From the NCBI GenBank assembly GCA_963758715.1, contig CAVWWK010000001.1, positions 257,448-321,447 on the forward strand: a DNA stretch of 64,000 nucleotides, in the 5' to 3' direction. The translations under genes and the position numbers were made by a program. Below the pieces are notes generated by a model. It saw only the letters and a list, made by a program, of their open reading frames with translations. It searched no databases and had not been told where the DNA came from. This document shows positions 49,166 to 60,107 of the stretch, piece after piece. The DNA is from an uncultured Actinomycetes bacterium (GTDB lineage Bacteria; Actinomycetota; UBA4738; HRBIN12). Each line of letters opens with the position of its first letter. Position 1 is the first letter of the stretch.

Positions 49166-50090
49166 GTGGCCGAGGCCAGTGAGGCGGCGGCCGAGCTCCG
49201 CGAGCTCGCCGACGAAGCGGCCGCCGAGACCGTCGCCGAAGCCGTCGTCGAGGCTGCGGCCGTCGAGGCTGTCGCCGAAGCGACCGCGGGCGCGATCCTC
49301 GAGGACGCCGCAGAGGAGGCCGAGGAGCTGGCGGCGGCCGGTCGACGACGCCGAGGCCGAGGAGGTCTTGACGGAGGGCATCGTCGAAGCCGTCGAGGTC
49401 GAGCAGGCAGGTGAAGAGGTCGCCGACGAGGTGCTGGCCGAAGGCGTCGTCGAGGCCGCCTCGATCGAAGCTGCCGCCGACGACCTGGCCGATGCCATCG
49501 TCGCCGACCGCCGACGGACGAGCCCGAGCCGCCCGCAAGCGACGACCCGTTCAGCGGTCCCGGCGACTGGTACGTGGTGCACACGTACGCCGGGTACGAG
49601 AACAAGGTCAAGACCAACCTCGAGTCGCGTATCCACACCATGCAGATGGAGGGCAAGATCTTCAACGTCCACATCCCCATGGAAGACGTCATGGAGATCA
49701 AAGGCGGCAAGAAGCAGGTCGTGCAGAAGAAGGTCTTCCCCGGGTACCTGCTGGTGAAGATGTTCTACGACAACGACTCCTGGTACGTCGTGCGGAACAC
49801 GCCCGGCGTCACCGGGTTCGTGTCGGCGGGCACCGGCACAAAGCCCACGCCCGTTGAGCCGCCGCGAGGTCGAGAAGATCCTCACGGTGAAGAAGGAAGA
49901 GGCCAAGCCGCAGGTGCGCCTGGGCTTCGACGAGGGCGACGTGGTTCGGATCATCTCCGGGCCCTTCGCCGACTTCAACGGCACGATCAGCGAGATCAAC
50001 GCCGACCAGGCCAAGCTCAAGGTGCTGGTCAACATCTTCGACCGAGACACACCGGTCGAGCTGTCCTTCGACCAGGTGTCGAAGGTCTGA
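49166..50090 (+). CDS. nusG: transcription termination/antitermination factor NusG with Ala/Glu-rich N-terminal extension, 3 frameshifts (about 49335, 49510, 49857)
   Basis: [48 protein letters not shown] region [22 protein letters not shown]. The start is uncertain (GTG 49166, or ATG 49129 if an indel lies between). Confidence 0.85.
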
Positions 50091-50146
50091 ACCACAGACG
50101 GCGGGAGGTGCTCACGCACCGTTCGAACCGCAGGAGGTGACGCACC

Positions 50147-50575
50147 ATGGCGCCGAAGAAGGTGCTCGCGAACGTCAAGCTGCAGATCAGGGCGGGATCG
50201 GCCACGCCGGCGCCGCCCGTGGGAACGGCCCTGGGTCAGCACGGCGTGAACATCATGGAGTTCTGCAAGCAGTACAACGACGCCACCCAGCAGTACGGCG
50301 GGCAGGTCATCCCGGTCGAGCTCACGATCTACGAGGACCGGTCGTTCTCGTTCATCACGAAGCAGCCGCCTGCGGCCGAGCTGATCAAGCAAGCGGCCGG
50401 CATCGAGTAGGGATCGGGTGTTCCGAACCGAGAGAAGGTCGCCAAGCTCTCGCAGTCGCAGGTCCGGGACATCGCCGAGCGGAAGATGGCCGACCTGAAC
50501 GCCAACGACATCGACAACGCGATGCGGATCATCGAGGGCACGGCCCGCAGCATGGGCGTGGAGGTGGACGCATGA
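50147..50575 (+). CDS. rplK: 50S ribosomal protein L11 with an in-frame TAG at 50408..50410
   Basis: [44 protein letters not shown]...[40 protein letters not shown], all in one frame. Confidence 0.9.
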
Positions 50576-51365
50576 GTCACGGCAAGCGCTATCGCGAAGC
50601 CGCCGGTGGCTACGACCACGAGCGGGAGTACCAGCCCGGCGAGGCCATCAAGATCCTGAAGGCTCAACCCGACGCGAAGTTCGACGAGACCATCGAGGTC
50701 GCGTTCCGGCTGGGACTCGATACGCGGAAGGCCGACCAGTCGATCCGCGGCACCGTCTCCCTGCCCAACGGCACCGGGCGGTCGGTGCGGGTGGGCGTGT
50801 TCGCGACCGGTGAGAAGGCGCGGGAAGCATCCGAGGCCGGCGCCGACATCGTCGGCGGTGAGGAGTTGGTCGAGCAGGTGATGGGCGGCGAGATCGACTT
50901 CGACGCCGCGGTCGCGACGCCCGACATGATGGCTCGGTCGGCAAGGCCGGCCGCGTGCTGGGTCCGCGCGGGCTGATGCCCAACCCGAAGACCGGCACGG
51001 TGACGATGGACATCGGCAAGGCCGTCGCCGACATCAAGGGCGGCAAGGTGGAGTACCGAGCCGACCGAACCGGCAACGTGCACATGGTGATCGGCAAGAA
51101 GTCCTTCGGCGAGGAGCAGCTGCTGGAGAACTACCTCGTCGTCGTGGACGAGCTCCTGCGCGCCAAGCCCTCCTCGGCAAAGGGTCGTTACATCGAGTCG
51201 CTGGCGGTGAGCGCGACGATGGGCCCGAGCGTGCGGATCGACCCGACCCACGCGAAGGACGCCGAGATCGCGGCCCCTCGGCCTAAGCTCCTCGACACGC
51301 AGCGGGATCGTCGTCGAGTGATTCGGCCCCTGTGCTTGATGCGGCCTGCCGCTGGCCGACCATGA
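50572..51365 (+). CDS. rplA: 50S ribosomal protein L1, frameshift near 50933, 3' end uncertain
   Basis: [15 protein letters not shown]...[32 protein letters not shown], then [41 protein letters not shown] in the second frame. The tail is longer than typical L1. Confidence 0.9.
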
Positions 51366-51440
51366 CTCCATGGGGCAATCACAGCCACAGGTCGGCATCT
51401 CTCAGGCCTCCGGTCGAGGCGCGCTGACCCAGCCACCGGA

Positions 51441-52528
51441 GCCCTGACGGTTCTACACTTGATCGGCACCCTCGAGCGCGGTGGCACCGAAGTCAGCTGG
51501 TCGAGTTCATCCGCGAGTTCTCGGCCCGAAGGGCATGTCGTGGTGACGTGGGTCGGGAGGCCCCCTATCCAACGCGTTGCCCTGTGAGCCTGTTCAGCTC
51601 CATCACGGGGATGTGCGACCCAGCGACCTGTGGAGCGTGGCGAGGTCGGCCCGCCGCGTCAGGGCGGAGGTGGGCGCAGATCTGGTGCATGCCCATCTCT
51701 CCGCATCCGAGATGATCGCTGCGACTGCCTTTCCTCGAGGCGTGAAGGTCGTCGCTTCAAGGCGAGGCAGAACGCCGAAGCTCGACGGAAAACACTGGTA
51801 CCGAACCGCGCAGCGGTATACCCACTCCCGTGTGGCGCTCATGATCTGCAACTCGGAGAGATTCGCAATTCCAACGATGAAGGCGGATCCAGCCCCTCCG
51901 CCGTTGGCGGTGGTCAACAACGGCGTGGATCTCGATGGGTTGCAGCCCGCGGCGCTGCCTCGCGAACCCACCATCGCGATGGTCGCGAACCTGATCGACT
52001 ACAAGCGCCACGACCGGTTCTTGGAGGCGTTTCAAGTGGTACGAGACACGATCCCCTCAGCGCGGGCGGTGCTCGTTGGCGATGGGCCGGAGCGCGCCAC
52101 GGCATCGAAGCCATGGCTCTACAGCTTGGGATCGACGATCGTGTCTCCTTCGAGGGTCAGCGGGCCGATCCGCGTGATGCGATTGCAAACTCCCGAGTGG
52201 TTGCTCTGACGTCCGTGCACGAAGGGCTTCCCAATGCGCTCCTTGAGGCAATGGCGATGGGGCGTCCGTGCGTCTCGACTGCTGTCGGGGGCGTTCCCGA
52301 GCTGATCACGCACGGGATCATGGACTCCTCGTTGGCGAGAGCCCCGAGGCCGTTGCAGAAGGCTTGATCCGTCTCCTTGCCGACGACGAGTGTTCTGCGC
52401 AGATGGGACGAGCCGCCCGCGAACGCGCAGCTGACTTCGACTGGAAGCTCGTGGTCGAGCGGACGAGGAACGTGTACCGCCGGGTCCTCTCGGGCGAGCG
52501 CATGCCCCGCGGACGGAGGGTCGGCTGA
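51441..52528 (+). CDS. GT4-family glycosyltransferase, at least 3 frameshifts, start unresolved
   Basis: VLHLIGTLERGGTE, LVHAHLSAS, VANLIDYKRHDRFLEAF, VLVGDGPER, SVHEGLPNALLEAMAMGRPCVSTAVGGVPELI (E-x7-E type motif). Confidence 0.7.
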
Positions 52529-54378
52529 TGTGCGGGATCGCTGGCGCAGTGGGGGTGGCAGCCGACCGATTGCCCACCGGAGCGCTTGAGCGCTCGTTGG
52601 ACTCCATGCGCCATCGTGGACCTGACGACCTCACCGTTTGGACCCGGGAAGGTGTGGGCTTGGCGCATGCACGATTGGCGATCATTGATCGCGCGAGCAT
52701 GCAACCGATGCTGACTGCGGATGGCCGCTTCGTAGTCGTCTTCAACGGTGAGATCTACAACCATCGAAGATCTTCGGAAAGAGCTACTGGAAGCGGGATG
52801 GCCGCTCTCGACGAATTGCGACACCGAGGTCCTGCCCTACCTCTATGCGCTACACGGACCTGCCATGGTCGAACGACTGCGCGGGATGTTTGCCCTCGCG
52901 GTGGTCGACTTGTGGGAACACGAGGTGTTCATGGCGCGCGACGCCTTCGGCGAAGAAGCCCCTCTACTTCCGGGCCGGGACGGATGGTCTGACGTTCGCC
53001 TCGACGCTTGACGCGCTGGTACCGCTTCTAGGAGCGCGTCCCGATATCGACCCCCAGTCGATCGCCGAGTACCTCGTCCTGCAGTACATCCCCGCCGATC
53101 GGTCGCCATGGCTCGATATCCACAAGCTGGAACCAGGCACGTGGATGCGCTGGAGTCGCAGCGCTCTGGACATCGAACACTATTGGGAACCCCCGAAGAA
53201 CGAGTCGGATCCATCCTTCGATAGTGACCAGGGGCCGCACGCGCTCCGTGGACGGATCCGTCGTGCCGTGGCGGCTCGCCTCGAAAGTGAGGTCCCCATG
53301 GGCGTCTTCCTGAGCGGGGGGCTCGACTCGTCCGTCATCGTCGCGGAGATGGCGGAGCTGGTGTGCCCATCTCGACGTACTCGATCGGGTTCGAACAGAA
53401 GGGCCTCGACGAAACCGCCCACGCAGAGACGGTCGCCATGAGGTTCGGAACACAGCACCGCAGCCTTCGGCTCGAGACCGAAGCGACGACGCTCCTCGAA
53501 GAACTCGGGTGCGCCTACGACGAGCCTTTCGCGGATTCCTCCGCACTCGCGACCCTTGCCGTCGCTCGTGCGGCGAAGGAGCACGTGACAGTGGTGCTCA
53601 CCGGCGACGGGGGCGATGAACTGTTCGGGGGCTACGAACGGTATCGGGCACACGCGATCGGGCAACGTTGGCACGATCGATTGGGGATGGCCGCGCCTCC
53701 GCTCGCGATGATGGGTCAGGCGGTGGGCTCCCTCGCGGGGGTGAAGCGGCTGCGCGACGGCGCCGGGTTCGTCGCTCGACCGTGGAGCTCGTACCGCGAC
53801 CGCATGTTCCACTTCTCTCCCGACGAGGTGTCGATCCTCTTGCGACGAGACCTGTTGGCAGAAGTCGATGTCTGGGGACCTTCACGAAGGCTCGATGAGC
53901 TGTGGACCGACGCGCCTGAGCGATGGGTGCCGTGGGTGGACGCACAGACGTACCTTCCCGACGACCTGTTGACGAAGATGGACCGGGCCACCATGGCCTC
54001 GAGCATCGAGGCTCGTTCCCCCCTGCTGGATAGAGATCTCTGGTCGTGGGTGTCGCGGGTTCCCCGTGACCGATTGATCGACCACCGCAGCGGCAAGAAC
54101 CTGCTTCGCGAGGCCTACCGAGGAACATTGCCAGATGTCATCCTGGATCGACCAAGATGGGTTTCGGGGTGCCCCTCTCCCGCTGGCTCAGGACCCACCT
54201 CAAGCCGGCCCTCGTAGAGAGGGTCGCTCGATCAGGGGGCCCCCTCGATCCTCTGATCGAACCAGCGCCGGCTGCCCGGGTTGTCGAACGCTTCCTTGCT
54301 GGAGATGACAGGTGGACCTCTCGCGCTTGGAACCTCTTGGCCCTGGCCACCTGGCTGGATCGCCGTGAAGGGGCCTGA
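52528..54378 (+). CDS. asparagine synthase (glutamine-hydrolysing)-family amidotransferase, at least 4 frameshifts
   Basis: MCGIAG N-terminal nucleophile, FNGEIYNH, DTEVL, FLSGGLDSS PP-loop, TGDGGDELFGGY, MGFGVPL. Confidence 0.85.
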
Positions 54379-55699
54379 GTGAAAGACGAGCTGGCCCTCT
54401 ATCCGGAGCTCGAGGACTCCGCCTTGACGGGGGTTCATCTGCTCGGTCTCCGAGTGGCGACCTACGGTGTCGGCTTCCTCGCGAGTGTCTTGATCGGCCG
54501 GGCTCTGGGTCCCGAAGGTAGGGGGAAGTACACGCTTCCTATCGTGATCATGACGATCGTGGTCTCGCTGGGAAACCTCGGTCTTGAGCACGCTCAGATC
54601 TATCTCGCTGGTCAACGATTCAAGCTGTCGCGTCTGTGGGCGAATGCCGGTCTCGTCGGTGCGGTCGTGGCACTGGTCGTGTGGTGCATCAGCGCGATCG
54701 TGATCCCGATGCTAGAAGGCTCCCCGGGCGGGGTTCCCGCGATCTGGATATGGGTCGCCCTCGCGCAGGTCCCATTGCTTCTCCAGACCTTGTACTGGAC
54801 GAACCTGCTGCAGATGGCAGGCCGGGCTCGTGCGGCGGTCGGGGCAACCCTGCTGGGCGTCGGGGTTCAGACGCTCGCGATTGTGGGCCTCTTCGCCCTG
54901 GGCGAGCTCACGCCATTCTCCGTACTCCTCCTTACCGGTGTCACCAACTTCATCACGTGGGCTGGCACCGTGATAATCTGGCGCTTCGGCCGGGCTGGTC
55001 GCGTGGCGGATCGATCCCAGGGCTCTGCGTTTGGGGCTTCGCTTCGGTCTTCGCGCTCAGCTTGGCATCCTCTTCATCTTCTTGTTGTTGCGAGTCGATC
55101 AGCTCATGGTCCAGCGCGTCCTCGGGTTCCATGCTCTGGGCTTGTACTCGCTCGCGGTCATGCTCGCGGAACTCTTGTGGTTGGTGAGCGATCCATTCGC
55201 CACGGCCCTGCTCCGTCATCAGGTGGATGCAGAAGGAGACGATGATGTCGCACTCGGACTTGCCACAGCGCGCCTGGGGCTGGTCGCGACTGGCACCGCC
55301 GCGGTTCTTGCTTGGATATGCATCCCTTGGGTGATCCGGCTGTCCTACGGCGAAGCATTCTCAGGGGCCGTCTGGCCGTTCCGGCTCCTATTGCCTGGCG
55401 TAGTCGCCTTGGCGGTGCAGCGTCCGCTCGCTGCCGTGCTCCTCAAGCGTGGCAGCCCGGGCCTGGTAAGCGCACTCGGCGCCGCCGCCCTGGCTCTCAA
55501 CGTGGTGTTGAACGCTGTGCTCCTGAAGACCTTCGGTTCGGCGGCGGCATCAGCGAGCTCGAGTGCTGCCTACATCTTGATGGCAGCGGCCTACGTGGTA
55601 TCGACCGGAGGTTCGGCCCGCGCACTATTGCCCACCGCGGAAGACGTCGGCCGTCTTGTGCGCGCGCTCCGACACTCCATGACACGGGGCAAGGCGTGA
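54379..55699 (+). CDS. polysaccharide/oligosaccharide flippase (Wzx-like, MOP superfamily), 1 frameshift near 55010
   Basis: Twelve or more hydrophobic spans. RVATYGVGFLASVLIGRALGPEGRGKY and LRFGLRAQLGILFIFLLLRVDQLMV. GTG lies immediately after the upstream TGA. Confidence 0.7.
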
Positions 55700-56643
55700 C
55701 ACCCGCAACGTGTCCGCTGTGCGGTGACTGCGACGGAGAGGCCGTGTTCTCTTTGGAGTATGCAAGCATCTGGGATGCGCTCGACCGTGAATGGTCGGCC
55801 TCGATCAGCTCCGCAACGCGAGTGTCGAGCGCGCCGACGGACACAACACAGCTAGTCCGCTGCAGAACGTGTGGGCTCGAATGGTTCGATCCGCTTGTCC
55901 CCGGGGGTTCGGAATTCTATCGAGAGCTCATGTCGGCCATGCCTTACAACCCTGGTCGATGGGAGTTCGATGTGGCTGCGGGGAGGATCAGCCCGGATCA
56001 AGCTGTCGTCGATCTGGGTTGTGGTGAGGGTGCGTTCCTGCGGCTTCTGGGGAAGCGTCCAGGCCGCAGGGTGGGGATAGACATCAATGGCCCGGCCATC
56101 GACCACCTCGTCTCCACGGGCATCGAGGCATATGTCGCCGACTTCACGGGACTCCGCCCCAACGAGCTCGGAGAGTTCGACGTCATCACAGCGTTCCATC
56201 TCCTGGAGCATGTCTACGATCCTCTCGCCGTCGTTCTCGCGGGCAAGTCGTGCTTGCGCCCCGATGGAAGGATGCTCCTATCCGTCCCCAATCGAGATCG
56301 TTCTCACCGGTCCGGACGAGAGCCGCTTGACTGTCCTCCTCACCATGTGACCCGCTGGTCGGTCGCCCAGCTCCACGAACTCGCCGAAAGGGCGGGGTTA
56401 CGAGTGCGACACATCGATTTCGAGCCGCCCGACCTGTCGGTGGCTCGAGAGCTCGTGCGTAATGAAGCGGATCCGTTGCTGCGGTGGCTCCCACTAGGGG
56501 CCCGTCGGCAGGCGCGCAGGGCATGGGGGCGCCTCGCCATGTCTCCTCGTGGCTACGTGCGTCGCACTCGCGAGGCTGGGTTCGCCAAGCGGGGCATCTT
56601 CGGGCATGCCGTCTTGGTCGAACTCGCGGTTGAAGGAAGGTAG
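55696..56643 (+). CDS. class I SAM-dependent methyltransferase with N-terminal CxxC...CxxC element
   Basis: CPLCGDCD...CRTCGLEW, then motif I VVDLGCGEGAF and DVITAFHLLEHV. GTGA overlap with the flippase gene. Confidence 0.8.
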   Translation: MTPATCPLCGDCDGEAVFSLEYASIWDALDREWSASISSATRVSSAPTDTTQLVRCRTCGLEWFDPLVPGGSEFYRELMSAMPYNPGRWEFDVAAGRISPDQAVVDLGCGEGAFLRLLGKRPGRRVGIDINGPAIDHLVSTGIEAYVADFTGLRPNELGEFDVITAFHLLEHVYDPLAVVLAGKSCLRPDGRMLLSVPNRDRSHRSGREPLDCPPHHVTRWSVAQLHELAERAGLRVRHIDFEPPDLSVARELVRNEADPLLRWLPLGARRQARRAWGRLAMSPRGYVRRTREAGFAKRGIFGHAVLVELAVEGR

Positions 56644-56680
56644 GAGGTAGTCATTCGCTGACTCCTACGCCGCTTTCGAC

Positions 56681-58897
56681 GTGAGGAGCCCCGTACACTA
56701 CGCACCCGTGGGTGGGCGGGCGGCGCAGGAGACATCGAGCGGTCCCGCGCACCGAGATCGGCGGGGGCCTATCCGTCCGGCGGCAAGGGGCCCACTGATC
56801 CTCGTCGGCGTCGCGGTGTTGTTCGGGCTCATCGTGCTGTGGCCCGAGCAGCGTGACGTCTGGTACCTGAACGACGCGTCGGTTCACCGCTCGATGGTTC
56901 GTTGGGCGTCGGATCGACTCCGAGAAGGACACCTGCCCTTCGACGGCTGGTACCCGTACCTGTCCCTCGGCGCCAGCAGGTTCCATCACTACCAATCGCT
57001 GCCACACATCCTGACGGGCACCGTGTCCCTCGCCGGCGGGGACGGCACGTTCAGGTGGTCGCTCTACCTCCTGCTCTCGTTCTGGCCGGTGTCCGTCTTC
57101 GCGGGCGGACGTCTCCTGGGCCTCAGGCCATGGCCGGCGGCCGCCGCGGCGCTGATGTCGCCGCTCCTGGCGAGCGCGCCGGGCCTCGGGTACGAGTGGG
57201 GGAGCTACGTCTGGCGCGGTTCGGGCACGTGGGCCCAGCTCTGGGGAATGTGGGCGCTGCCGTTCGCGTGGGGGCTGGGCTGGCAGGCCATCGCGAGGGG
57301 AAGACGGCTATGGCTGGCGGCCCTGGTGCTCGGGCTCACGATCTGCCTGCACCTGCTCACCGGGTACCTCGCACTCTGCTGTCTCGCTGTCTTCGTGGTC
57401 GCGGCGCCTCGCGAGCTCGTCCGGCGGCTCGGCCGCGCGGCGCTCGTCGTCGCCGGCGCGCTGCTGGCCTCCGCCTGGATGTTGGTGCCGCTGCTCACCG
57501 ACGCGGGCTGGACCGTGAACGACGAATTCAGCCGCGGCACCATCTACTACGACTCCTTCGGTGCGCGGCGGATCCTGACCTGGCTCGGCACCGGGGGGAT
57601 CTTCGATCGCGGCCGGTTGCCGGCGATCACACTGCTCGTGGGCGTCGGTCTGGTGTTCGCGTTCGTGCATGCTCGGCGTCACGAGCAATCGCGGGTGCTG
57701 ATCGGCCTCGGCCTCGTCTCGCTGGTGCTGTTCTTCGGCAGGCCGACCCTGGGGCCGATCGCCGACCTTCTCCCCGGGGGCCCGGACCTGTTCCTCAGGC
57801 GGTTCATCAGCGGGGTGCACCTCGCCGGCCTGTACCTGGCCGGGCTCGGTGCCGTGTTCGCGGTTGGATGGCTTCAGCGCCTCGTCGGGCGCCGAGGCCC
57901 TTCGCGCACGCCGGCGATCGTTGTGGCAGCGGTTATCGGCGTCGTCGTCCTGGCACCGGCGATGTGGGAACGCGTCGGGTTCGAGAACCAGGGGGCACGC
58001 TGGATCGAGGAGCAGGCGGCTGCGGAAGCGACGGACGGGCTCGGATATGAGGCGCTCGTCCAACGGGCACATGCGCTGGGCCCCGGCAGGATCTTCTCGG
58101 TGCTTCGGGGAACGGGGGCGTCCCGCTATCGGATCGGCCAGGTCCCCGCGTACGCGGCCTTGTTGAACCTGCAGGCCGACGCGATCGGGTTCACGCGGCC
58201 GACGTGGTCGCTGGCCTCTCCCGCCGAGTACCGGTTCCGCATCGACAACCCCACGCACCCGCCCCTGTTCGGGGTGCGCTATGTGATCCGCGAAACGGGT
58301 GAGCCACCTCAAGGCGCGGAGCGGATCGCCTCGTCGGGCCGGCACGTTCTCTGGATGTTGCCCGAGAGCGACTACATGCAGGTGATCGACACCGTGGCTC
58401 CGATCGCCGTCGACCGGCGGAACATCGGCGAGCAGACGTCCTCGATCCTGACCTCGGGGCTTCCCGGCCGCCGATTCCTGCCCACCCTCGCCTTCGGAGG
58501 ACGCACGGCTGCCGCCGCAACGCTGGGGCGGAACGAGCTTCCGAGCACGTCGGCGGGCGAGGTGCTCGAGAGCTTCGCCGGGCCGGCCGAAGGAGTGTTC
58601 GGCGGTCGAGTCGCGACAGATCGAGACGACGCCGTCGTGCTGTTCGCGGCCTCGTTCGACCCCAGGTGGGCGGCGTTCGTCGACGGTGAGCAGGCCCCGA
58701 CCCAGATGGTCGCTCCAGGCTTGGTGGGGGTTCCGATCGATCGCGGGCGACACCAGGTCTTCATCGCCTATCAGCCCTACCCCCACTATCTCCGTCTCGT
58801 CCTCGTCGGCATCCTGAGCGTGGCAGGTCTGGCGTTAGGGCAATGGTTCCTCCGTCGGCGTTCACGGAACGCCCCCGGTCTACGTGAATCGCCGTAG
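56681..58897 (+). CDS. 738-aa polytopic membrane protein, GT-C/YfhO-like (putative glycosyltransferase or polymerase)
   Basis: Intact ORF. About 12 hydrophobic spans in the first 430 aa, a first-loop [22 protein letters not shown], a 270-aa soluble domain and a final span. Confidence 0.6.
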   Translation: MRSPVHYAPVGGRAAQETSSGPAHRDRRGPIRPAARGPLILVGVAVLFGLIVLWPEQRDVWYLNDASVHRSMVRWASDRLREGHLPFDGWYPYLSLGASRFHHYQSLPHILTGTVSLAGGDGTFRWSLYLLLSFWPVSVFAGGRLLGLRPWPAAAAALMSPLLASAPGLGYEWGSYVWRGSGTWAQLWGMWALPFAWGLGWQAIARGRRLWLAALVLGLTICLHLLTGYLALCCLAVFVVAAPRELVRRLGRAALVVAGALLASAWMLVPLLTDAGWTVNDEFSRGTIYYDSFGARRILTWLGTGGIFDRGRLPAITLLVGVGLVFAFVHARRHEQSRVLIGLGLVSLVLFFGRPTLGPIADLLPGGPDLFLRRFISGVHLAGLYLAGLGAVFAVGWLQRLVGRRGPSRTPAIVVAAVIGVVVLAPAMWERVGFENQGARWIEEQAAAEATDGLGYEALVQRAHALGPGRIFSVLRGTGASRYRIGQVPAYAALLNLQADAIGFTRPTWSLASPAEYRFRIDNPTHPPLFGVRYVIRETGEPPQGAERIASSGRHVLWMLPESDYMQVIDTVAPIAVDRRNIGEQTSSILTSGLPGRRFLPTLAFGGRTAAAATLGRNELPSTSAGEVLESFAGPAEGVFGGRVATDRDDAVVLFAASFDPRWAAFVDGEQAPTQMVAPGLVGVPIDRGRHQVFIAYQPYPHYLRLVLVGILSVAGLALGQWFLRRRSRNAPGLRESP

Positions 58898-59016
58898 GCC
58901 GAATCGGCGAGCAGAAAGGTGCACGAAACCGACAGGGTTCGACGTCGTGCTCACGTACGGTGGCCGCGGCGGTTCGCCGCCCTGGTGGATGTTGCAGCGA
59001 CCGAAGGGAGTCGTTC

Positions 59017-60015
59017 GTGCACAGGAAGCATCGGAAGATCTCGACACCCATCGCGGTGATCGCGATCCTCGGCCTCGTCCTCGGCGCGACGTTCGCGTCC
59101 GCAGCTGTCAAGAACCGTAGCCAGCGGCTGGCCCAGAACAAGATCAAGGCATGCGTCAACAAGCAGACGCGAGCGGTGAGGCTGATCCCGTTCAGCAAGA
59201 CGTGCAAGGGCGGCGAGAAGTCCCAGGTATGGAACAAGCAGGGCATCCCCGGCGCTGATGGTGCGACGGGCGCGACCGGCGCCGACGGCCAGGGCGGTGG
59301 CGCCACGGGTGCGACCGGAGCCTCCGGTGCAGACGGGACCGACGGAATCGATGGTCTCGACGGCGCCACTGGTGCAACGGGTCCGTCCGGCGCGGACGGT
59401 CTCGACGGCGCGACAGGCGCCACGGGCGCAACCGGTCCGTCCGGCGCGGACGGTCTCGACGGCGCGACAGGCGCCACCGGTGCCACTGGTACCGATGGCC
59501 TCGACGGTGCCACAGGCGCGACCGGTGCGACTGGTCCGATCGGAATGACGGGCGCGACTGGGCCCGACGGTGCCACCGGTGCCGATGGTCTCGACGGTCT
59601 CGACGGCGCCACCGGTACTGCTGGAACGACCGGCGCGACCGGCGCGACCGGTGTAGTTGGTCCCCCCGGCATGATCGGCCCCACGGGCCCATCTGGTGCC
59701 GACGGAGCTGACGGCGCCACAGGTCCCCAGGGCGACACCGGGCCCGAGGGAGACACTGGTCCGGCTGGCTCGAACCTCGTCGACGTGACGATCGTGTCGA
59801 ACACATCGGGAAGCAGCTCAGTCACCAAGTCGATCACGGCGACCTGCACGGGTGGCCGCAAGGTCGTCGGGGGTGGTTTCTCAACGAGCGACAACGATGT
59901 GGGAGCCCAGGCGAGCTTCGCTTCCTCTGCGACCGTGTGGACCGTCACCGCCGTGGAGTTCAGCACCGAGACCGGCAACTGGACCGTGACCGCGTACGCG
60001 CTCTGCGCCCTGTGA
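59017..60015 (+). CDS. collagen-like triple-helix-repeat secreted protein
   Basis: GAAGGGAG then GTG 59017. Signal/anchor [21 protein letters not shown]. About 59 G-X-Y triplets by hand count ([20 protein letters not shown]...). An 80-aa C-terminal domain ends AYALCAL. Confidence 0.85.
   Translation: MHRKHRKISTPIAVIAILGLVLGATFASAAVKNRSQRLAQNKIKACVNKQTRAVRLIPFSKTCKGGEKSQVWNKQGIPGADGATGATGADGQGGGATGATGASGADGTDGIDGLDGATGATGPSGADGLDGATGATGATGPSGADGLDGATGATGATGTDGLDGATGATGATGPIGMTGATGPDGATGADGLDGLDGATGTAGTTGATGATGVVGPPGMIGPTGPSGADGADGATGPQGDTGPEGDTGPAGSNLVDVTIVSNTSGSSSVTKSITATCTGGRKVVGGGFSTSDNDVGAQASFASSATVWTVTAVEFSTETGNWTVTAYALCAL
59242..59766 (+). repeat. G-X-Y coding repeat tract, including a 54-nt tandem pair at 59380..59487
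   Basis: GGTCCGTCCGGCGCGGACGGTCTCGACGGCGCGACAGGCGCCAC occurs twice in tandem (units start at 59380 and 59434). Confidence 0.85.
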
Positions 60016-60034
60016 TCGATCGACACAAGGCACT

Positions 60035-60064
60035 GGAGAGGCGGCCCCTTCGGGCCGCCTCTCT
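60035..60064 (+). terminator. hairpin terminator after the collagen-like gene
   Basis: GGAGAGGCGGCCC-CTTCG-GGCCGCCTCTC followed by GTTTC. Confidence 0.6.
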
Positions 60065-60107
60065 CGTTTCGCGTCGTCACCGCGGGCCGATAGGTAGCAT
60101 CCGGGCG

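Noticed and set aside
50408-50410. TAG reassignment or programmed readthrough as an explanation for the rplK stop
   Set aside because: TAG is used as an ordinary terminator for several well-supported genes here (1118, 8403, 45240, 61546, 61941). This is a single occurrence in an error-prone stretch.
59242-59766. CRISPR-like or minisatellite array
   Set aside because: The periodicity is 9 nt (G-X-Y triplet units) inside a coding frame, with no spacer/repeat architecture and no cas genes.
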